A program made the position numbers and the translations under genes. DNA of 64,000 nt from an uncultured bacterium. GTDB taxonomy: Bacteria; Actinomycetota; Actinomycetes; S36-B12; CAIKAW01. Location: contig CAIKAW010000031.1 in the NCBI GenBank assembly GCA_903825575.1, positions 131,469 through 195,468 on the forward strand, written 5' to 3'. This document shows positions 46,606-53,724 of the stretch, in pieces (position 1 is the stretch's first letter; each line of letters begins with the position of its first letter). A model generated the notes under the pieces. That model was not told the DNA's origin. It did no database searches and saw nothing but the letters and a program-made list of their open reading frames with translations.

Positions 46606-48170
46606 GCGGGTCGCACCAACCTTGGAAGTGCAATGGGGTCGGCCGTTTCGGATTCTAGGACGGACTTGTAAACGGCCTCCAACGACCGGATCGAATGTGC
46701 AAGTGTGAATCGGTCAAGCACACGACTCCTCGCTGCCGCGCCTAACCGGTGCCGTTCTTTTGCGTCACGTAGCAGCGAGATACAGGCAGCGGCCAGGGCT
46801 TCGGCATTTCGCGCAGGGACCACAATCCCCGCATCCCCAACTGCTTCGGCCACCCCGCCGACATCCGTGCTGACTGTGGCCCGTCCGCTACACATGGCTT
46901 CGATAACCGTGTAAGGGAAGCCTTCACTGATGCTGCTAAGTACCACCACTTGCCCAGCGGCGTACGCTTCATGAGCGGACTCAGACCGCCCTTCAAAGCT
47001 AATTCGCTTGTCTAGCTTCAGCTCGCCGATCAGCGCAATGCAACGCTCCAAGTAGTCCTCGCGTCGAGGTGGCGCAGTACCGAATATTCGTAAGCGGGAA
47101 CCTGGTACTTGGGCAACCACGAGAGCGAAGCTCCGGATTAGGCCCTCGATGTCTTTGAGCGGGTCAATCCGGCCCATGTAGACCAAAGTGGGTTCAGCTG
47201 GTTCGACATCGCAAACCGGGAACTGCTCAGGATCGACACCGTTATACACCGTGACGATTGCCTCCGGGTCGGCCCCGCCGTTGAGTTCCCAGCGCCGGTT
47301 GTACATGTTGCCCGGAGCAATGAGTGCGGCTTCGGCGTACACAAGTACGGTCAGCGCCCTAGTGAATCGGAGCAGGGCCGACTTCACAGCCCAGCTGTAT
47401 GTCGTCTCGCGGTGCGCTAGATATCGCTCGCGCAAGTAGACCCCGTGCTCACTCACCACAAACGGTGTGCCGTAGGTCCATTTGGCACCCAGCGCCACCA
47501 AGCCTGCTAACCCATTTGAAGCGCAATGAACTAGATCGACCGTAGGTGCTTGCAGACTCAGCGGACGCAACATGTGCTCCAGCCAGATGGCCACAATCAC
47601 CGCGTCACCAACGGGGGGAATCCAACGATTCAATGACCCCGGATCCTCGCTCGATGGGGGCCAGACCCGCCAACTCTCGGAGATGATCCGCACCGCCTGC
47701 TCTGATCGCATCGCCGCCCGAAGCTCTTCGGTCTGCGCATACTCATAGAGCCCGCGTAGCGCTGAGGCAAAGTCCCCCGGAGCAGGCCCCGGGCCGAATG
47801 CCGCTCCAATCAGCCTTGAGAAGACTTCTACAAACCTGGCCAGCGCCCGGCCCCGTGGGGCTCGACCCGCTGATTCTTGGGACCAGAGAGCAACGGATGT
47901 CAGGCGCTGAACATTGCCGGGCAGTTCGAAGGCTGGAGGTTGCCCTTGGGCGCCAACCAATGACACAACCTCGAATAACCGCTGAGGCATGCCACTGATT
48001 ACTTGATCACACCAGACACTGACTCCGCCTGCCGAATACGGGTAGCCCCCTTCTGTGACTAGGGCTACTTGCTGTGCGGGGCTAGGAAGAACAAACACGG
48101 CATGCCAGCTCAGGATGGCTGGGTCTGACAAACGCTCGGAATTCCACGGCGAACTCTTCCCCCCGAACAA
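46602..48170 (-). CDS. pelF: PelF-like GT4 glycosyltransferase with DUF3492 N-terminal domain
   Basis: 'VALVTEGGYPYSAGGVSVWCDQVISGMP' closely parallels the PelF N-terminus ('LLLEGTWPYVRGGVSSWVNQLI'). A C-terminal GT4 'EGFPYTVIEAM' motif is present. Confidence 0.8.
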   Translation of the reverse strand: MFGGKSSPWNSERLSDPAILSWHAVFVLPSPAQQVALVTEGGYPYSAGGVSVWCDQVISGMPQRLFEVVSLVGAQGQPPAFELPGNVQRLTSVALWSQESAGRAPRGRALARFVEVFSRLIGAAFGPGPAPGDFASALRGLYEYAQTEELRAAMRSEQAVRIISESWRVWPPSSEDPGSLNRWIPPVGDAVIVAIWLEHMLRPLSLQAPTVDLVHCASNGLAGLVALGAKWTYGTPFVVSEHGVYLRERYLAHRETTYSWAVKSALLRFTRALTVLVYAEAALIAPGNMYNRRWELNGGADPEAIVTVYNGVDPEQFPVCDVEPAEPTLVYMGRIDPLKDIEGLIRSFALVVAQVPGSRLRIFGTAPPRREDYLERCIALIGELKLDKRISFEGRSESAHEAYAAGQVVVLSSISEGFPYTVIEAMCSGRATVSTDVGGVAEAVGDAGIVVPARNAEALAAACISLLRDAKERHRLGAAARSRVLDRFTLAHSIRSLEAVYKSVLESETADPIALPRLVRPA

Positions 48171-48350
48171 CCGCCAAGCCCCCCGGCTGTGACAGCGAAA
48201 ACATATGCGATTTTGGATTCGGTTGGGAGATCTTTAGGAAAACTGATCTTCAAACATTCCCCGAAAGGGTGAATCTTTTGGGTCCCTATTACTTCACGTG
48301 TTATCGCTTGCGCGGAGCGTTACGTCAGCGACGCATTCATTTGCGAGGTA

Positions 48351-49700
48351 CTAGGAGCAAGCCTGCCTCGGAGCATCGAGGGCGAGATTCTTCTTCATAC
48401 TTGAGAAGCCCAACGCGATCATCGTGGGACAGAAACTTGCGGTCGTCCCTTGATACTCCACTTCTAGGACTGCCTTCCCGGCAGCTACGAACGGCGAGTA
48501 CGAACTGCATTCGCCATATTGGTAGCACTCCTCAACAATGGCGAAGTCAAATTTCGGCGCCAACGCCGCAGCTTGCTCTGGATCGTTCTTGAGGGCAACA
48601 CCTAGTCCGTACTTGTGGGCCAAGTCGGCTAGGGCCGAGTTGTACGCTATCTGGTTGGCCGCTGTGAGCGGGAACCCCGTGTTGTTGGTATACCCGTCCA
48701 CCACATCTGCCTCTAGGGCATCGAACCCTTTCGCCTTGCAGTCAGCAATCCGCTTCTCCATGATCGGCAGGAGGATGGTAAGCGCCCTGATATCGAGCCA
48801 GCGCTCGTCCGGCCAACCGTTCATCGTGTTACCGAGCACCACTGCCGGGAAACTTGCAGCGTCTGGTCGGTAGTTCTCCCAACCGCCCGCGTCGATGTAG
48901 CAGATCACATGAGCACCCTTGGAGTGCAGTCCGGCGACGGTCGCTGCCGAGTTGTCCTGCCCGTCGATGTCGAAGACCGGCACCGCTACCGAGGCGTCAA
49001 TCGTCCCAGCTAGCTGCCACTGCCAGGTGGTGCCAAGCGTTGGGCGCCACCAGCCACTTGCCGGCGGTGCGCCCGTGTAGGTCACTGTCGGTGTCGCAGT
49101 AGGCGTCACCGTGGCCAGCGGGGTGAGCGTCGGCGTCGGCGAAAAGGTGGCAGCGGGAGGCGAGCTCGCACTCAAGCTAAGCGTTGGCGAGCCGCTTGCA
49201 ACTGGCGCGGAACTCCCCGGCACAGACCCACTTGGTGACCCCGAGGGGCTTGGAGGAATCGTGGCGACAGGTACTGGAAGACCGGCCAGCGGCACCGCTA
49301 CGTTCGACGGGCTAGACCAAGAGCCGCTGGTCGAACTGTTCTCGGCTCGGACCCGGAAGACGTAGTTGCGCCCATTAGTCAAGCCGGTATAGAGAATGGT
49401 CGTCACACGTGTGCCGGTGTACTTCCCGTGTCCCCAAGTGGTTCCGCCATCGGCCGAGTACGTGAGGTAGTACTCGCCTATAACGAACCCAGGTGAAGCC
49501 GGTGCCAACCAACTCACGCGGACTTGCCCACTTCCGGCTACGGCGGTGACTGAGGTTGGCGATGCTGCCGTCAACTTCGCCGGAGTAGACGCGGCTGTCG
49601 AACTAGCAGCAACAAGTATCGGAGCGATCACAACCGCTAGGGTTGCTGCTCCCGCAATCCACTTTCCCCTATGACTCGACCCAACCCCGTTGATCCCCAT
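48351..49700 (-). CDS. Secreted FN3 - Pro/Ser/Thr linker - GH114 (Ega3-type) hydrolase
   Basis: The ATG at 49700 gives a signal/TM segment 'WIAGAATLAVVIAPILVAASS'. An FN3 module follows ('VRVSWLAP....Y.LTYS.DGGTTW...Y.FRVRAEN'), then a PST-rich linker. The GH114 core reads 'WQWQLAGTID', 'VICYIDAGGWENYRPD', 'ERWLDIR', 'KGFDALEADVVDGY'. Confidence 0.75.
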   Translation of the reverse strand: MGINGVGSSHRGKWIAGAATLAVVIAPILVAASSTAASTPAKLTAASPTSVTAVAGSGQVRVSWLAPASPGFVIGEYYLTYSADGGTTWGHGKYTGTRVTTILYTGLTNGRNYVFRVRAENSSTSGSWSSPSNVAVPLAGLPVPVATIPPSPSGSPSGSVPGSSAPVASGSPTLSLSASSPPAATFSPTPTLTPLATVTPTATPTVTYTGAPPASGWWRPTLGTTWQWQLAGTIDASVAVPVFDIDGQDNSAATVAGLHSKGAHVICYIDAGGWENYRPDAASFPAVVLGNTMNGWPDERWLDIRALTILLPIMEKRIADCKAKGFDALEADVVDGYTNNTGFPLTAANQIAYNSALADLAHKYGLGVALKNDPEQAAALAPKFDFAIVEECYQYGECSSYSPFVAAGKAVLEVEYQGTTASFCPTMIALGFSSMKKNLALDAPRQACS

Positions 49701-49872
49701 AGGCAGTGCATCGGCATTCTGATCCGCCTGCTCGATAGCAAACCGGATGCAATTTGGCGAGAAGTCGATCAATCTACGAGGGATTTTGTCTTTTCGTGCC
49801 CTAAGTCCCGATGGACTTGGGGTAGCCTCCAGAAACGCGCGGGGGGGCCGCGCCGCAACGGTGGGGGTACTC

Positions 49873-50286
49873 GTGGCGACCAAGCAGGGGGCAGGGACTG
49901 CCCAGAACCCGTGGGAGCTAATGACTCCACCGGGCAAGGCAGGATTTCAGATGTGGCGTGACCCATCGGCCGATCCGCCTGCCCTTATTTGCCAGGTAGG
50001 CACCACGCAGTTGCGTTACCACCTGCGCGCAATCGACGACTTGCACGCGATGTTGGTCCAGCATGGCGATTGGCTGCCCCTTGGCGGCGCAGATGAGCAG
50101 AAACCGGCACCGGAAGGCACCGTCGAAGCTTGGGGCCGGTCACCGGAAAATCCCGTCGGTGGCTGGTACGGGCTGAAGAAAGGGCTTCGCGGTCGGTTCG
50201 GGGTTTACCTCCCACCGCTGCTTGAGGCGCTCGGGCTCGCCGAACTAACTCATGATGCAAAGAACAATCGAATGCGGGCGCTGTAG
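49873..50286 (+). CDS. Conserved hypothetical protein (small, soluble)
   Basis: Coding-like composition. 'NPWELMTPPG...ALICQVG...LRYHLRAIDDLHAMLVQHGDWLPLGGADEQKPAPEGTVEAWGRS..NPVGGWYGLKKG.RGRFG.YLPPLLEALGLAE' looks like a conserved family I cannot name. The start is uncertain: GTG at 49873 or ATG at 49921. Confidence 0.5.
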   Translation: MATKQGAGTAQNPWELMTPPGKAGFQMWRDPSADPPALICQVGTTQLRYHLRAIDDLHAMLVQHGDWLPLGGADEQKPAPEGTVEAWGRSPENPVGGWYGLKKGLRGRFGVYLPPLLEALGLAELTHDAKNNRMRAL

Positions 50287-50300
50287 TTCCGTGTGCATCC

Positions 50301-50352
50301 GCTACGTGTAGCTATTTGGCGATAGTGCTACGTGTAGCTACTTGGCAATGGT
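50301..50352. repeat. Direct tandem duplication, 2 x 26 bp (23/26 identical), spanning the stop codon of the 50338-51003 gene
   Basis: The copies are gctacgtgtagctatttggcgatagt and gctacgtgtagctacttggcaatggt. The region can also fold as GTAGCTAT-TTGGCG-ATAG(TG)CTAC between the convergent genes. Confidence 0.85.
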
Positions 50353-51003
50353 GAATGTGAAGCCAACGTCCGTCGGCGTTACAGTGCCAGGAGTCGCGCT
50401 GACATCCATTGTGAAAGTGTGGATTTCGAACTGGCTGACGCTGCAGCCATCTGCGACGCCCAAGTAAGAGTCCACTTCCGCCGTGGTGAAGGTGTGATTG
50501 GTCGCGTTGGTGAAGTCCGTGTCGTAATCCGGTGACACAACAGCCGAAACCGCTGCAGGACTGACGCCTACGACTGACACGCAGTACAAGCCGGGCGAAG
50601 GATGAGTTGCCGAAATGCCCGCAGAACTGCGGCTGACCGTCCCAGTTGGCGAGAACAGGGCATAGTGACCTTGCCCGGCCGCCACGATCGAAGTCGCCGT
50701 CAGCGTTCCGAGTTTGTCGGCCGAGGCCGCTCGCGCCGCGTACAGGTTCGCCACAAGACCCTTTGCATTTGTCGTGAATGGCGGGTAAGTGGCGCTGTGC
50801 GTGACCAGTCTGAGTGCAGCACCAGTCGCAACCTTTGCATTTGAGTTGGTCAGGGTCGCCGTGGTGCTCTCGGCATTGGACTTGCCGAGGAGAAAACTGC
50901 CTCCGTTCGCGGCATACGCGACACCGCCAAGCAAGGTAGCGCCGACTACGGCACCAACCAGGCCAGATGCGAACGAAGATGCATGCTTGCGAAGTGCGCT
51001 CAT
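50338..51003 (-). CDS. Hypothetical secreted protein
   Basis: N-terminal signal/TM 'LVGAVVGATLLGGVAYA', then 'FLLGKSNAESTTATLTNSN...ALRL' and a Thr/Ser/Ala-rich beta-type sequence. I preferred it over the overlapping Arg/Cys/Trp-rich 275-aa frame. Confidence 0.5.
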   Translation of the reverse strand: MSALRKHASSFASGLVGAVVGATLLGGVAYAANGGSFLLGKSNAESTTATLTNSNAKVATGAALRLVTHSATYPPFTTNAKGLVANLYAARAASADKLGTLTATSIVAAGQGHYALFSPTGTVSRSSAGISATHPSPGLYCVSVVGVSPAAVSAVVSPDYDTDFTNATNHTFTTAEVDSYLGVADGCSVSQFEIHTFTMDVSATPGTVTPTDVGFTFTIAK

Positions 51004-51151
51004 AAAGATTGCCCCCTAATCCCGCCAAGGGGCACAGCCCCCATGGCGCCGCCCCCCACGAGCGACTCGCTATTGGACCATGCCGCCTAGCCGTGCGGAA
51101 GAGGAATCGGTCGCAATACGATCTTCCCGAACCATCCACTCAGGAGGAGTC

Positions 51152-51955
51152 ATGGAAATCCAACTGGTCACGGGCCCCACCATTCACTTTGAGAAGCTGG
51201 GCGAGGGCCAACCCTTGGTGTTTCTCCACGGGGTGATGATGAGTGGACGTTTCTTCGCCGAACAGCTTGCTGGAGCGCTGCCCGCCTCATTCGAGGTAGT
51301 TGTGCCGGACTACCGCGGACATGGCAAATCAGAGAAGGTCCCCAATGGTCACACGGTCGCCGGTTATGCAAGGGACACCCATGAATTGATCGAGTCACTT
51401 GGTCTCGAACGGCCAATCCTCGTGGGGTGGTCGATGGGCGCGATGGTGGCTTGGGAGTTCGTGAAGGCCTTTGGCACCGACAGTCTGGCCGGAATGGTTG
51501 TCGTGGACCAACCTCCTTCTGACTACGCATGGGACGACTACCCGTTCGGGCTGATGACTCTCGCAGGGTTGGCGGAAAACGTCGAAGGATTGCAGGACGA
51601 CCAGCGCTCCGTAGCGGAGGAATTCGCACAACTTATGCAGCACAACCCCGATCCGGAGCGGACTAACTGGATCGTTGAGGAAATCATGCGAGTGCCCGCT
51701 TCGGTGGCCAGCACGATCCTGACCGATCAAACCTTGCGCGATTTCCGAGACCTGCTATCGGAAATATCCTGTCCGACACTCGTGGCCTTTGGTGGCGATC
51801 CGAAGATGAATGACCCGGCGGCCGGCCAATTCATTGTTGATCGGATTCCGAATTCCGAACTGGTCATCTTTGACGAGTCCAGTCACATGCCATTTCTCGA
51901 AGAGCCGGCCAAGTTCGATCGTGTGCTCGCCGATTGGATCGCACGCCTGCCTTAA
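51152..51955 (+). CDS. Alpha/beta hydrolase
   Basis: RBS AGGAGG 5 nt upstream of the ATG at 51152. 'PLVFLHG', a nucleophile elbow 'GWSMGA' and a C-terminal 'SSHMPFLE'. Confidence 0.85.
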   Translation: MEIQLVTGPTIHFEKLGEGQPLVFLHGVMMSGRFFAEQLAGALPASFEVVVPDYRGHGKSEKVPNGHTVAGYARDTHELIESLGLERPILVGWSMGAMVAWEFVKAFGTDSLAGMVVVDQPPSDYAWDDYPFGLMTLAGLAENVEGLQDDQRSVAEEFAQLMQHNPDPERTNWIVEEIMRVPASVASTILTDQTLRDFRDLLSEISCPTLVAFGGDPKMNDPAAGQFIVDRIPNSELVIFDESSHMPFLEEPAKFDRVLADWIARLP

Positions 51956-53652
51956 CCCCGACGAACGGGTTGCCCCTCGTGCCATACCGGTTCGGGCACT
52001 TCACGCACGGTGCCGTCTTCAGAGAAGACCACGTAGCGGTCGAAACTTCGAGCGAACCACCGATCATGTGTGACTGCCAGTACCGTGCCTTCGAAAGATC
52101 GCAACCCCTGCTCGAGTGCTTCGGCACTTGCTAGGTCCAGGTTGTCTGTGGGCTCGTCCAGTAGCAGCAACGTCGCCCCCGATAGTTCGAGCAGCAGAAT
52201 CTGGAAGCGCGCCTGCTGGCCGCCTGACAATGTGTCAAACGTCTGCTCCGCGGCGTACGCAAGTTCGTAGCGATCGAGCTTGCGGCTTGCTTGCTCACGG
52301 CCCATGCCGTCGCGGTGACTGTCTCCGCGATGCAAGATCTCGACCAGCGTTCGGCCAAGGAGCTCGGGGTGATCGTGTGTCTGCGCGAACCACCCAGGTC
52401 GCACCCGGGCCCCAAGCTTCGCTACGCCTAGGTGCTTAACCGGAGCAATAGGCAGGTCATCGACGGGCAGATGTTCCAACTCAGGATTACTTCCGCCAGC
52501 CGCCAACAGTCGGAGGAAATGTGATTTCCCTGATCCGTTAGCGCCGAGGATTGCCACAGTTTCGCCGAACCAGACTTCGAGATCGAACGGCGCCATCAAC
52601 CCCGTCAGTTCCAATTCCTGACACACGACGGCACGTTTAGCAGTACGTCCTCCGGTCAGGCGCATCCTTACGCTTTGCTCGAGAGCAATTTCCTGAGGCG
52701 GGCCGATCTCCTCGAACTTCGCCAAGCGGGTCCGCGCCGCCTGCAAGCGGCTGGCCAATCCATCATTGAACGCGGCCTTGGTCTTGTACATCAGAACCAG
52801 CGCCTTGAGCTTGGCGTGGTCTTCATCCCAACGGCGACGAAGTTCTTCCAAACGAGCGAATCGTTCAGTGCGCGCATCGTGATACGTGCCGAACCCTGCC
52901 CCATGCGTCCAGGTCGTGTTGCCTGCGGCCCCCAACTCCACAGTGACAATCTGCGTTGCCGAACGGGCTAGCAACTCGCGGTCGTGAGACACGAATAGCA
53001 CTGTCTTGGGCGACTCTGCGAGTTTCTCTTCCAACCACTCCTTGCGTGGCACGTCGAGATAGTTGTCCGGTTCGTCGAGCAGAAGTAGTTCATCTGGGCC
53101 GCGAAAGAGCATCTCGAGAACTATGCGTTTCTGCTCTCCGCCGGAAAGGGTTCGGGTCTCGCGATACTTCACTTGCTCGAAGGCAAGACCGAGGGTCGCA
53201 ACAGTGCACACGTCCCAGAGCACTTCGGCGTCATAACCTCCAGCGTCCGACCAGTCAGCGATCGCGTGCGCATACCGCATCTGCGTGGCTTCATCGTCGG
53301 TTTCCATCAGCGCCAGCTCGGCGGCATCAAGCTCAGCAGCAGCGCTTTGAATTGCGGGCGGCGACACTACGAGCAACAGGTCCCGCAGGGTTGATTCATC
53401 GCGGACTTGGCCGATGAACTGGCGCATTACGCCCATGGTGCCCGACCGGCTGATGCCGCCTTCTTGCGGTTTCAGATCCCCCGCAACAAGCCGAAGCAGG
53501 GTCGTCTTACCAGCGCCATTGGCCCCTACCAATGCCACCTTGGCACCGTCGGCGATGCGAAAGCTGACCTCGTCAAGTAGCACCCTGCCGTCAGACAGAG
53601 TGTGGCTGACTTTGACGACCTCGATGTGACCCACACCAAGATTCTCGTGCAC
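51952..53652 (-). CDS. ABC-F family ATPase (two ABC cassettes, no TM domain)
   Basis: Two Walker A motifs ('GANGAGKTT', 'GANGSGKSH'), two signature motifs ('LSGGEQKR', 'LSGGQQAR') and an inter-domain linker. Confidence 0.9.
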   Translation of the reverse strand: MHENLGVGHIEVVKVSHTLSDGRVLLDEVSFRIADGAKVALVGANGAGKTTLLRLVAGDLKPQEGGISRSGTMGVMRQFIGQVRDESTLRDLLLVVSPPAIQSAAAELDAAELALMETDDEATQMRYAHAIADWSDAGGYDAEVLWDVCTVATLGLAFEQVKYRETRTLSGGEQKRIVLEMLFRGPDELLLLDEPDNYLDVPRKEWLEEKLAESPKTVLFVSHDRELLARSATQIVTVELGAAGNTTWTHGAGFGTYHDARTERFARLEELRRRWDEDHAKLKALVLMYKTKAAFNDGLASRLQAARTRLAKFEEIGPPQEIALEQSVRMRLTGGRTAKRAVVCQELELTGLMAPFDLEVWFGETVAILGANGSGKSHFLRLLAAGGSNPELEHLPVDDLPIAPVKHLGVAKLGARVRPGWFAQTHDHPELLGRTLVEILHRGDSHRDGMGREQASRKLDRYELAYAAEQTFDTLSGGQQARFQILLLELSGATLLLLDEPTDNLDLASAEALEQGLRSFEGTVLAVTHDRWFARSFDRYVVFSEDGTVREVPEPVWHEGQPVRRG

Positions 53653-53724
53653 CCCAGAGTTAGAGCCAAACCAGCCCTGGGCTTCCTACTCCACACGGTG
53701 CTGGTTCGTCTGGGGTGGTTGTTA

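Noticed and set aside
49701-49937. 79-codon N-terminal extension of the FN3-GH114 ORF
   Set aside because: The internal ATG at 49700 is immediately followed by a signal/TM segment. The extension overlaps the divergent conserved-hypothetical gene region.
50312-51139. 275-aa ORF overlapping the 221-aa secreted protein gene in another frame
   Set aside because: Its Cys/Arg/Trp-rich composition is characteristic of an off-frame read. The 221-aa frame has a signal peptide and protein-like composition.
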